A DNA stretch of 64,000 nucleotides, taken from Antedon mediterranea (lineage: Eukaryota > Animalia > Echinodermata). Below the pieces are notes generated by a model. It saw only the letters and a program-made list of their open reading frames with translations, was not told where the DNA came from and did no database searches. The position numbers and the translations under genes were made by a program. Every line of letters starts with the position of its first letter. Position 1 is the first letter of the stretch. This document shows positions 10,886 to 22,693 of the stretch, in pieces. Location: assembly GCF_964355755.1 (NCBI RefSeq), contig NC_092672.1, forward strand, positions 35,966,437 through 36,030,436. Reading direction: 5' to 3'.

Positions 10886-12397
10886 TTATGCAGTGTTTAT
10901 TGCTTTTGAATTAAAATGTTTACATGCTATTACCTTACATTAGAAACAAAACAGTTTAGTTGTCCATGAAAAATATGTGAATTTTATAGGCAAATTAATC
11001 ATTATGTTGGATGAGTACTGTTGCTATAAGGCAGGTACACAGGTTTTTTAAGTAGTTTACGGATGCCGCCGAGGCAGATAGATGCATTACCTTACCTTAC
11101 ATGTGTTTAGTGTAGTTATATCTTTTCCAGGTGCTAAACAAAACTAGTCGACGTAATTAAATTAATTTAATTTTTCATTCAAACATAAAACTGTCATTTA
11201 CAAAGTTTAGTAAATCTTTTATTTGTCATTGTTGTGTTATGTAAGTTGTTTATCCAACTAGTTATTATTGTATTCTGATGATAAATGCTTATTGCAATTA
11301 AAACACTAGATAAAATATAACATGAAAGTGGCATAATGCGTGCTTATCAATTTCAAGATTGTGGGTTCGAGTCCTAGCGGAGTACCTAGATTTGATTTTA
11401 AGTTTAAAATTATCTAATGATGGATTTTTTTCCATTAGAATTTTTTTTTTTAAGATTTTAAATTAGAAAAAAAATTATGTTTTTATTTGTATAATTTTGT
11501 AAAGATGATTTGTGTCACCTAGGTTATAATTTAGGATTGGAGGCTGTTGCTCTAATATAGAGGTTGGAAATACTGTAAACTAATGAATATTCATGAGGAA
11601 CCTAAGCAAAGCTGTTTAATAATATACTAACTATTAAATATTCATCCTAAGTATATTTTTGTTTAATGATCCATTCTTTATGTAAACTTGGTGTTAATAT
11701 AATCTTCTTTGGTTTGATTGACCTTTTCACTTAAGACAGAAATGAGGTTTTGGGTGTTTTTGTTGCATGTATAGTTCAAAGCCAACATAACTTAATAGAC
11801 TGTAAATAGTATAGTAATGTAATTATTTTAGTGAAATTTAATCACATCCAAATTCTGGGTTCAAATTGGAGCGACTTTTTATCATCCTCACCGATTTCTC
11901 TGCTTCAGCATTTCTAAATGAATGAATTTCCAAATATGTTTTAGCGTTTTTCTATGTCTTTTTTGTTATTGTTTTTTGCTTTTATTTTATATTTATTTTA
12001 TTTAACAATTATAAAATAGTAACAAATAATAATTATTTATTTTAAGTTCCTTTTATCATGTATATGTATATAAAGAGAAACTAGAATTTTATGAATCTGC
12101 TATATTTTTACTTAAAAAAAAAAATTTGTTTGTAAAATGTACATATCGTACAATATGAAATAAAAATGGGTTTCCCCCACGAAAGAGAAAAATAATAATA
12201 AACGACAGAAAAGAGATAGAAATGTAAACTAAAAATTGAACATAAACTCTGATTTTTACAGTTAAAACTTTCCAAAAAAGGCATGAAACGTCACAAAATT
12301 TTTTGAACTATAACATTAATTCTGAAAACCATTAGTAGTTTAAATATTATTCCACTTTAATATGAATAATTCACAAGTATTTTGTCTTTTGTTTTAG

Positions 12398-12473
12398 GAG
12401 CAAGGAGAACCACATTCTTGTTTTGAAGAACTCTGTTGTGCTCTCCACCACCAACTTTCACCAAATCTGCAAG
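12398..12473 (+). CDS. BRIP1: BRIP1/FANCJ C-terminal exon, EQGEPHSCFEELCCALHHQLSPNLQ
   Basis: gttttag|GAG...CAA G|gtatgt; phase 0/1 bridges the flanking exons exactly. Confidence 0.75.
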
Positions 12474-12504
12474 GTATGTACCTACACTATTGATAACTGT
12501 GTAA

Positions 12505-12644
12505 AGCTCTGTCCAAACTAGTGTGATGTACCCAAATATGGTAGTGATATTCCCAAACATGGTAGTGATATGATATCACCATGTCCATATATGGGCACAT
12601 CGCATTGTTTTTGTCACATAAAGTTTGATAGTGTAGACATAGCT
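12505..12644. mobile_element. MITE family A
   Basis: TAA TSD; 31 bp downstream of a BRIP1 donor site. Confidence 0.85.
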
Positions 12645-14026
12645 TAATACTATAGACAGATGTCGCGTGTCATTGGACAAGCAAAGTGTTAAATCTCGCA
12701 CACTGTCTTTTTCCTTTAGATAGCAACATTTTATCTTCCTGTTTTGTCAAATTTCTGGACACATAAAATAACGGCATTATAATCAATGGAGATAGGCGCA
12801 ACCACGGCCAGCATGCTTCCTATTATTAACCTGATGAATTGTTTACGTTTAAAAAAAATGTCTTCTCGTTTACATCTGAGGTCAGTTATGCGACACACAT
12901 TTTTATCACAATTTTACATTTGCCTCCAATTGATAACATCATGACGAATGTAATTTTGGTAGGATTTTTATGAAATTCTCACATTGGAAACTAGAATAAG
13001 AGTTTTGTGCGCATTCACTATTATTTTGTGTTTTGTGTTGTAACTTATATTTGAAGTTGAAGTTATGTTTACAGTACACACGTGTGTGTGTGAAATCCCT
13101 CAGATTAATTTGCCTTCAAAATTACAACTACACCAACTTGAATGAAATGCATGTCTACTGTTCGTTTTTTTGCTTTTATCTTGGACGTTTGTATAAATCC
13201 CTATTCTGTGATTTACATCTTAATTTTGTATCTAGGCACCCCAGTTAATTAACTTGTTCATCAAGTGTACACTTGTTCCTTACAGTCCAATAAAAATATG
13301 TTTAATCATTTTTTGGCAACGCCTTGTATGCCATAAAGTGGAACGCTAGCATAATCCTAACATCCATGCCTGACAGCTTTTGTGTGAGTTAGCAATTTCG
13401 TCATCCGAAGTTGTGAACGAACCTATTAGAGATGCCAACTAGGTGTTAAATTATCCGATGAAACGAGCTGACAAATGACATCGTAATCGTCTTGCAGACT
13501 ATCAGAATGATTCTACGCTTGGTGTCGAAGCGTAAATAATTTGTGGTGGCACGTTTGGTAGGCCTTGTGCCACTTCAAATGACGCCTTGTACAATTTATC
13601 TAAGCCCGCTTCGCTGACTTTCATCTTTTGTTTTCATCAAGGGAGTGAAGAGGTAGCTTCCTTCTAATAAAACCTTACATCAGCACCCCCTTGGGGCCTA
13701 CAATATTGTACTGAATCAATCCAGTAGTAACTAAAATTCATTAACATCTTATGGACAGCTTTAATTTGAGTTTTAAGACCATTTATGTCAAGTCCACATT
13801 GAAAATTATTGAGTCATTACTTGTATTCAATTCTAATTTTAAATCATCTCCAATAATTTTGCAAACATCTCAATTGCAAATAATTCTCTATTTTACTAAT
13901 ACAAGTTTTACAATCCCAGGAAACTGAAAATAACGAACATTATTTATAAACTTCTTAAATTAATGCTAGTTAAAACACAAATTTAAAACTATGTTGAATA
14001 TTAACCTTTTTATGATACATGTCTTA

Positions 14027-14170
14027 AGCTCTGTCTACACTATCAAACTTTATTTGACAAAAAAATGTGATGTGCCCATATATGGACATTATGATGTCAT
14101 ACCACTACCATATTTGGGCATGTCACTACAACTTTTTTTGTCAAATTAGTTTGATAGTGTAGACAGAGCT
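14027..14170. mobile_element. MITE family A
   Basis: perfect 22-bp TIRs, TTA TSD. Confidence 0.9.
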
Positions 14171-14749
14171 TTAGCGTTTCTACTTGATATTCATAGTAAA
14201 CCATTTCCACTTTACCTTCCAACCATATGGGGGATGGGGAGGGGCTTGCTCATCAAGGAGGAATGTTTTACTTGAAGGGGTTTACGGAAATGTTCACCTT
14301 TTATTAGTGTCTCAAATAGGCTTAAAACCATTATTATTTAATCTTGGAAGTATTTTTCTGTGTTTTAACGTTTATATTTATATCTAAATATTTAGGCATC
14401 CTATAATTGGTGGTTTTTCGCTGTTGTTGTAGTTGAAATAAACATTTTTTTAAATAAGATATAATATAAACTGACGACAACCTGAGAACATTCCTTTGTG
14501 GCCAGGATTGAGCTGTCTAAAAACTAATTGTTTGCCATGATAAATGATAAGTTGCAGCAGTATGGAAAGATCTTACAGACTTCAATTACAGTTAACTATG
14601 GATCTATTCTGATAAATTCTGACTTGAGAGATTTACTGGGATTGTGTCTGGTGCTATCTGGTTATTTACCGGTCACCTTCGCGGATTATACTCTCTCTTT
14701 GGATTAAAAACTTTCCCAATATAAGTTTCTGTTTTTGAGTGAGATTTAT

Positions 14750-14938
14750 CCACAATCAATAAAGAATGCCAACTCTATTGACATCTTCTTGGAATTGCTG
14801 AAAACCCATCTCTTTCGAATAGCATATGAAATGACCTAATTTTCACCTTGTTTCGAGCCTTGTGGTCGTAGCGCTTTAGAGAAAATTTATTTTGGTTAAA
14901 GTGCTATAGAAAAAACAATTATTATTATTATTATTAAT
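14750..14938 (+). mobile_element. L2-clade LINE 3' end
   Basis: encodes SIKNANSIDIFLELLKTHLFRIAY, then agcgctttagag...gtgctatagaa and a (tta)n tail. Confidence 0.7.
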
Positions 14939-16927
14939 ATTTTTATTATTTATTAATACTTTGTTTTCTTTTTATTCTAAAATATTTCCCAAAACAAACA
15001 TCAAATATGTACATTAGTTAAATTCTTTTAGTAAATTTTATTTAATTAATAATTATTAATAAACTATTTCTTTTATTCAAAATAGTAATTATAATAATTA
15101 TATAATGATGATGATAAAGATTTATTTATGTATAGATATATTCATTATGCAAGTTATTTAGTGTTATAGTTATAAGAATATTTTTTTATTTATTTACCAT
15201 ATTTTAATTAAAGTCTTAACAACAAACTAGATAAGATAATATTTATTGGTCCATTATAAAATCTGTTGGAAATTTATTTTCCAAATCGCGTACACATACA
15301 AAAATACATATAAAAGTTACAAATATAAATATATAAAAGAAAACATGTATTTAAAAATAGGCTAACTGGATGAAGATGGTGACTTGAAAGTTTGTTAACT
15401 CTTATTCTATCAGAAAAACTTATTCTTTCTACACATTTTATCAATATAAAAAAGATTGTATTTTGGCTGAAGTTATTCACATTAAATGAAAAAAAAAAAA
15501 TTAATGTGCAATTTTTGAAAGTAATTTAGTTGTTTTTGTGAACATTCATAGTCTGTGAAGGTAGGTATCACGTCGTCATTGTAGCTCAAGTACTGAGCAA
15601 TGAAACAATTATTGATCATGTTGGTGAGAATGTAACGAGAAAAAATGACAATACTCCCTAATCACTTCACAACATCACCATCGTAAAAAATAAGCTCTTC
15701 GCTTGTTACTCACCATGAGGCGACGTATACATGGCATTGACAATCGCGTAAGGGTGTTCTTGATTAGTGAAAACGTCGTTTCGATGACAGTGTGAGAATG
15801 CGCTTGGGACGTCGTCTAGGACAGCAATCGCTTTTCTGTAAGCCACGGCCTTCCTAATCACTACTACGCTTCGTAAATGGATTCAAATCGCTTGCGTTAT
15901 AGTCAATTTCGCACCTCTGGTATCGTTAAATCGTGTGGAACGTGTCATCTAGGGAGATTAATATCATCATTTGCCTATTTATCAATCTGTATCTTCTCAC
16001 GTTTTCGTCTGTTCTTACAAATTAAGATCGCATTCGAGCAATATGTGGTGAAATCGGTTGTATGGCCGTGTCAACATTTGAAGGTCATCCACTCAATAAT
16101 TAGCCTGTTTTGTAACTCACAATAGAATTATATTGAAATAATAATCATTGTTTTATACATAATGACAATAAACTGGATATTAATATTCCTACTGGAGATT
16201 AATTTTCACAATGTATATTATTATTTCTTTGAAAAATATTCTTAGATCTCCATAATACCTTAGTAATAATATGCATCCATGGTTTTGACACAAACAATTG
16301 CTAAATTATAAAAAAAAACAAAACGTTCCAGAAAAATTGAGTTCAGAAAATGTAAATTTTCCAAAAGTGTCAAAATATAATCTGTATATATACTATATCC
16401 ATGTTCCTATTCATAACTTGTACATATGTGTTTTTATAAACATTTTTTAATTTTTTAAATTGTTTTAAATTGTGAATATTTTATTGAACACACACACATT
16501 TAAAATATTATTTTTTATTTTAAAATGGATGATTAAATACTAAAAATGATATTTTAAGTTGTTGTGTTTATTCAATAATAATAATAATAATACATTCAAA
16601 CGGAAAGCCCATCGTCAGTGAGAAGCTCTTCCTTTCGTTCATATATTTATACACAATCACACACTAGTATTCAAATACAGTTATTTTATTGTAAACCAGA
16701 GCAGGTACCCCAAACACTCCCACTCCAGGGAGGTTTTCAAATTGTGTTTAAAACTTTCCCAGTACAAATTCTGGTCATTTTTTTATATCCAATTACCAGT
16801 ACATACTCCTAAGATTTGGATGCGTCAACTTAAAACTTTTTAATTAATTACTAAAGTATTGTTAGGCGCTCTGTACTTTGTAGGGCACCAAATAAAAACC
16901 TGTGTAGAATAGAATTGATATTAATGT

Positions 16928-17040
16928 AAAAGAGACTTAAAGGCAATGAACATCAATGTTAACACCTGGGAAAAAAAGGCTGATGACCGAAAATCATGGA
17001 AAGACTGTATTAAGGCAGGGCTTGTACACAGCGAAGAAAG
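16928..17040 (+). mobile_element. RTE-clade LINE ORF C-terminal fragment
   Basis: KRDLKAMNINVNTWEKKADDRKSWKDCIKAG fits the RTE terminal KRDLK..I...WE..A.DR..W motif. Confidence 0.7.
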
Positions 17041-17131
17041 ATATTTAACCATAAAATTATTTCATAATTATTCATTTTTTCTTGTCTTGTACAAAATATT
17101 ACAATTTTTAATTATCACACTTTTTTTATAG

Positions 17132-17329
17132 GCTTAAAGAAAATCGAAATCTCTGACATGAAATCATCATTTGTAACAGACTATTTAAACAGTTCAACTA
17201 AGTCACTGTCCTCAACGTGTCAATGTCCAGTTGATAGGTCAACGACTGACCAATATGTTTTCTATGGCCAGCTGATTCCTGATCATATGACCGGCTTATC
17301 TACTGGTCAACCCCAGATTGCATCATCTG
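17132..17329 (+). CDS. BRIP1: BRIP1/FANCJ C-terminal exon, GLKKIEISDMKSSFVTDYLNSSTKSLSSTCQCPVDRSTTDQYVFYGQLIPDHMTGLSTGQPQIASS
   Basis: tttttatag|GC...TCT G|gtgagt, phase 1/1, open frame (overlaps ORF 17158-17379). Confidence 0.75.
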
Positions 17330-17362
17330 GTGAGTACTTGTTCATTATGATAATTTTTAATT

Positions 17363-17482
17363 GTGAAAAAAAAATGTGATGTGCACATATACTACGGATA
17401 TGATGATGTAGTTGGGTCTGTCACTACCTACCATATTTGGGCACATCACACTTTTTTTTCATTTGATGGTGTAGACAGAGCT
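17363..17482. mobile_element. MITE family A, left end lost
   Basis: internal motifs and right TIR. Confidence 0.8.
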
Positions 17483-19647
17483 TTACTAAGATCATACTAG
17501 GATTTTAATTTACTAATACTAATAATTGTATGATAATTCTATAGCTATTTATCATTATGGAATCAAATCTAACCCTTCAAAGCAATTTAGTGGTCTAGAA
17601 GTACTGCACCAGGTTGATGATCATGAAGTCATGGGTTCAGATCCCAAGAATTCCTTTAATCAATCGATTTTTGCATTTATTAAAAAATGTGCTTTGTACA
17701 GTATAAAGTTGTACACTAGGGAAAAACACCCAACCAAATTATGTAATTTAAATTGGAAAAAATATTTTAAATATTATATAATATGATAATTTATTATCCT
17801 AAATTTCACCCATTGATCTCACTGTTCCGTACTTAACCCATCTAATATAGTGATGCATTTCTTTCTAATTATTGCGAAACATGGACTGGGGGAAATTTTC
17901 CGAATTGATTGAACTGCAAGAACGCCAAACACCTTTTGACCTGTAGTATGTTATGCTGCCCCTTAGGTTAGGTATTCTATATTTAAAGGATGAGGAATTT
18001 AGTTGTTTTGTATCAACTGTACTGACTAAGTATTGTTTGTTAATGACAGATGTATTATCAATTATGTCATTTCAATTCAGCTTTAAATAGTCCAATCAAT
18101 TTAGAATTTAGTTTTATTCTTTATTCTTTTTGTTTAAGATAAAAATAAAAAAATTTCCTTGAGAAATAATAATTTGTTGTTGTTGAATATGCCATTTTAA
18201 TGTCTAATAATAGTTATTGATTTTTGCAAAAAATTTGATTAATTATTTTTTTTTTAAATTATTACCTGAATATGTAATTTACAGCAAAACATAATCAAAT
18301 TGTCTGTCACAATTTAATGTTGTCTTTATAAATGAAATCATGGTTTTTTTTTTCTACAAAAGTAAATAAATTGATTGAAACTTCAAAATTACCTATTCAA
18401 ATTAATTTTTGTTTGTTTTTTGGAAAATACATCTTTAAACTTTTACCTAAAGTTTTTAAGCCCTATTGTATTTATAGAGTAAAATACTTGTGTTAAATTT
18501 TTCTTCACTAAATTACAGCAAAAAGAGAGAAAAAATGTTTTATTGAATAATTTGCGAAGATGGTGATAAAAAAGACATTGAGAGTGATAATTTTGAACGG
18601 CTACCATTTATCTATTGTGTCAAGTGACCCATCTTTAAATAACCTCTTCAAAAACCCTTCTTTTGTGTTCTGTTTGTTTTCCTTTTATCATTTGTCTTTT
18701 ATTAACATCTGCACGATATTAAATAATGTGGGAAGAAAGTATCAAGATTGGTTTTTTATTGCCCCCATTAAAGTTATTGCTTATTATTACCACTGTAGGC
18801 TATATCCGATTCATTTATCATATTTTAATCAATTAGTAGATTTCTTATTTTTGTTTCTTACGATTATGAATTATGTTTTCCGTGTCGTGTATAAGTGACG
18901 ATACTCGAAGCGCCCATAATAATTTGTTTGCTTTCCAATTCAAATGCCTGTAGTAATTTATTTTGAACTTTAAGTGAAATAAAATATGCATTTGATGAAA
19001 TAGACTATGCATAGTGTTATTACAATGTGTCTAATTGTGAGGGTGAATCATCATTTTATTGAAATAGTTAATAGTATTATTACATAAATATTTGCAAATA
19101 AAATGTAGATAAAATAATTTATATTTTTTGAACAAATAATATTTTGTGTTGAAACCGTTCAATTCATTTCAATGTAAATGTATTTTATATATTTTTAAAT
19201 GACAATAAATTTACCTACCTACTTATAATAATACATTTTTGTTACAAATATGAAAATGTTTTTCTTTTACAACACTATTAGCATTTTCAGTAAAACAATA
19301 ATAATATTATCATATCTGTATTATAACAAAGTGTGTGCGTTTGTGTCAATACAAGTTTAGTCCTACTGCACACATAGGGTTTCAAAATGACGACTGTCCC
19401 CCAAAAACATGAAAAACGAAGATGATTAAAATAAGACTTTAAATAGGCCATTTTGCAATTTTAATAAAGTTATTAATTTCTGTTTAAAAAAAAATTATGT
19501 CACTTATAAAGAGAAATTTTTTGAACAAATAATATTTTGAGTTGATAATACATTTTTATTACAAATATTGTATGAAAAACAATATTTAGCATTTTCAGTA
19601 AAACATAATTTGAAATCATATCTATATTATAACAAAGTTTATGTCAT

Positions 19648-19708
19648 CATGGACCTATAAATTTATATAATATAATATTATTTATTACAATTAATTTATA
19701 GGTCCATG
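19648..19708. mobile_element. 61-bp P-like miniature element
   Basis: TIR catggacctataaatt / aatttataggtccatg, 7-bp TSD atgtcat. Confidence 0.7.
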
Positions 19709-19874
19709 ATGTCATTGTACAAATTGTCCTACTCCATACACATAGGGTATCAAAATGACCAGAATTTTACAGGGATGTTTTATACTATACATTTGAAATT
19801 TATCTACCATCCGATCCAATATGGCGGCCAAAATAGTGTTTGAATTCTCCACTGTATACAGACTGTATCATTAT

Positions 19875-20185
19875 AGATATACTGTCCCCCAAAAACATTT
19901 TTAAAAAATGAAGATTAATAAAATCAGACTTTAAATAGGCCATTTTGCAGTTTTAATAAAGTTATTCATTTCTGTTTAAAAAAATAAAAAAATTACAAAA
20001 GAAACGTTTCATTTTAACCAAAAACCAGCAATTTAAGTATTTGTTTCTTTAAATTACATTTTTTCAGGTAAATATTTTTTTTTTCGATCAACTTTTTGGT
20101 CAAAGTGAATAAGTATTATATGACATTAAAATGGCATATTCAAAAAAAATATTGAAAAAAAACATTTTTTTAGGGCAATATATCT
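19875..20185. mobile_element. Kolobok-type MITE, diverged copy; partial copies at ~18185-18437, ~19392-19495 and ~55250-55335
   Basis: agatatactgtcccc...gggcaatatatct; internal atgccattttaatgtc motif shared with 43072-43404. Confidence 0.6.
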
Positions 20186-20210
20186 ATAAATCTATAATAA
20201 TTTTATTTAG

Positions 20211-22414
20211 ATATATCTTTTTGCATGGACGTACACTACAGTGCTAGTATTAATCCCAGTTTATATAGATGATCTTTTTGCATGGACGTACACTACAGTG
20301 CTAGTATTAATCCCTGTTTATATAGATGATCTTTTTGCATGGACGTACACTACAGTGCTAGTATTAATCCCTGTTTATATAGATGATCTTTTTGCATGGA
20401 CGTACACTACAGTGCTAGTATTAATCCCTGTTTATATAGATGATCTTTTTGCATGAACGTAGACTACAGTGCTAGTATTAATCCCAGTTTATATAGATGA
20501 TCTTTTTGCATGGACGTACACTACAGTGCTAGTATTAATTCCAGTTAATATATAGATGATCTTTTTGCATGGACATACACTACAGTGCTAGTATTAATCC
20601 AAGTTTATATAGATGATCTTTTTGCATGGACGTACACTACAGTGCTAGTATTAATCCCAGTTTATATAGATGATCTTTTTGCATGGACGTACACTACAGT
20701 GCTAGTATTAATCCCAGTTAATATATAGATGATCTTTTTGCATGGACGTACACTACCGTGCTAGTATTAATCCCAGTTTATATAGATGATCTTTTTGCAT
20801 GGACGTACACTACAGTGCTAGTATTAATCCCAGTTTATATAGATGATCTTTTTGCATGGACGTACACTACAGTGCTAGTATTAATCCCAGTTAATATAGA
20901 TGATCTTTTTGCATGGACGTACACTACAGTGCTAGTATTAATCCCTGTTTATATAGATGATCTTTTTGCATGGACGTACACTACAGTGCTAGTATTAATC
21001 CCTGTTTATATAGATGATCTTTTTGCATGGACGTACACTACAGTGCTAGTATTAATCCCTGTTTATATAGATGATCTTTTTGCATGAACGTAGACTACAG
21101 TGCTAGTATTAATCCCAGTTTATATAGATGATCTTTTTGCATGGACGTACACTACAGTGCTAGTATTAATTCCAGTTAATATATAGATGATCTTTTTGCA
21201 TGGACATACACTACAGTGCTAGTATTAATCCCAGTTTATATAGATGATCTTTTTGCATGGACGTACACTACAGTGCTAGTATTAATCCCAGTTTATATAG
21301 ATGATCTTTTTGCATGGACGTACACTACAGTGCTAGTATTAATCCCAGTTAATATATAGATGATCTTTTTGCATGGACGTACACTACCGTGCTAGTATTA
21401 ATCCCAGTTTATATAGATGATCTTTTTGCATGGACGTACACTACAGTGCTAGTATTAATCCCAGTTTTTATAGATGATCTTTTTGCATGGACGTACACTA
21501 CAGTGCTAGTATTAATCCCAGTTTATATAGATGATCTTTTTGCATGGACGTACACTACAGTGCTAGTATTAATCCCAGTTAATATATAGATGATCTTTTT
21601 GCATGGACGTACACTACAGTGCTAGTATTAATCCCAGTTTATATAGATGATCTTTTTGCATGGACGTACACTACAGTGCTAGTATTAATCCCAGTTTATA
21701 TAGATGATCTTTTTGCATGTACGTACACTACAGTGCTAGTATTAATCCCAGTTTATATAGATGATCTTTTTGCATGGACATACACTACAGTGCTAGTATT
21801 AATCCCAGTTAATATAGATGATCTTTTTGCATGGACGTACACTACAGTGCTAGTATTAATCCCAGTTTATATAGATGATCTTTTTGCATGGACGTACACT
21901 ACAGTGCTAGTATTAATCCCAGTTTATATAGATGATCTTTTTGCATGTACGTACACTACAGTGCTAGTATTAATCCCTGTTTATATAGATGATCTTTTTG
22001 CATGGACGTACACTACAGTGCTAGTATTAATCCCAGTTTATATAGAAGATCTTTTTGCATGGACGTACACTACAGTGCTAGTATTAATCCCAGTTTATAT
22101 AGATGATCTTTTTGCATGGACGTACACTACAGTGCTAGTATTAATCCCAGTTAATATAGATGATCTTTTTGCATGGACATACACTACAGTGCTAGTATTA
22201 ATCCCAGTTTATATAGATGATCTTTTTGCATGGACATACACTACAGTGCTAGTATTAATCCCAGTTTATATAGATGATCTTTTTGCATGGACGTACACTA
22301 CAGTGCTAGTATTAATCCCAGTTAATATAGTTGATCTTTTTGCATGGACGTACACTACAGTGCTAGTATTAATCCCAGTTTATATAGATGATCTTTTCGC
22401 ATGAACTTACACTA
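20211..22414. repeat. intronic minisatellite, 57-bp unit, ~38 copies, with a 631-bp higher-order period
   Basis: unit gtgctagtattaatcccagtttatatagatgatctttttgcatggacgtacactaca. Confidence 0.97.
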
Positions 22415-22424
22415 ACTCAACCCT

Positions 22425-22693
22425 CAACCTTCGAGTCTTCTCGGATAAGGACTATAAACCGTAGGTCTAGTGTACATGTGCGCTTTAATGAACCTAGTAC
22501 ATCTTCCGAGACGAGTAGGGGGTTACCACGGTGTAATAGTCCACACAAACACAGCCACTGTAGCACACAACCACTGTGCAATTGGGACTGGACCGTTTTT
22601 AAAGGTGTTTACCACCTGTTGGTCCCGATCCTTCACTAACAGTGTTAGTGTTAGTGAGAAGTTGAATGAATAAATAAAAAAAAAAAAAAAAAA
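22425..22693 (+). mobile_element. 5'-truncated SINE with a Deu/Nin-like central domain, 3' stem-loop and poly(A)
   Basis: ggataaggactataaaccgtaggtc...gagtagggggttaccacgg resembles the Deu/Nin core (recalled); tcactaac/gttagtga hairpin; ~20-nt A tail; possible TSD aaccct. Confidence 0.72.

Noticed and set aside
11330-11385. tRNA B-box GGTTCGAGTCC; similar heads at ~1795-1850, ~17585-17650 and ~35470-35545
   Set aside because: No cloverleaf can be built; these fit decayed tRNA-derived SINE heads, not tRNA genes.
16975-17000. ctgatgaccgaaa, resembling a hammerhead core
   Set aside because: No stem II between CTGATGA and GAAA, and it lies in RTE coding sequence (ADDRK).
20241-22404. ORFs of repeated VLVLIPVYIDDLFAWTYTT (up to 261 aa)
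   Set aside because: Artefact of a 57-bp (multiple of 3) satellite; broken by 2-bp indels and TGA variants, no ATG start, intronic.
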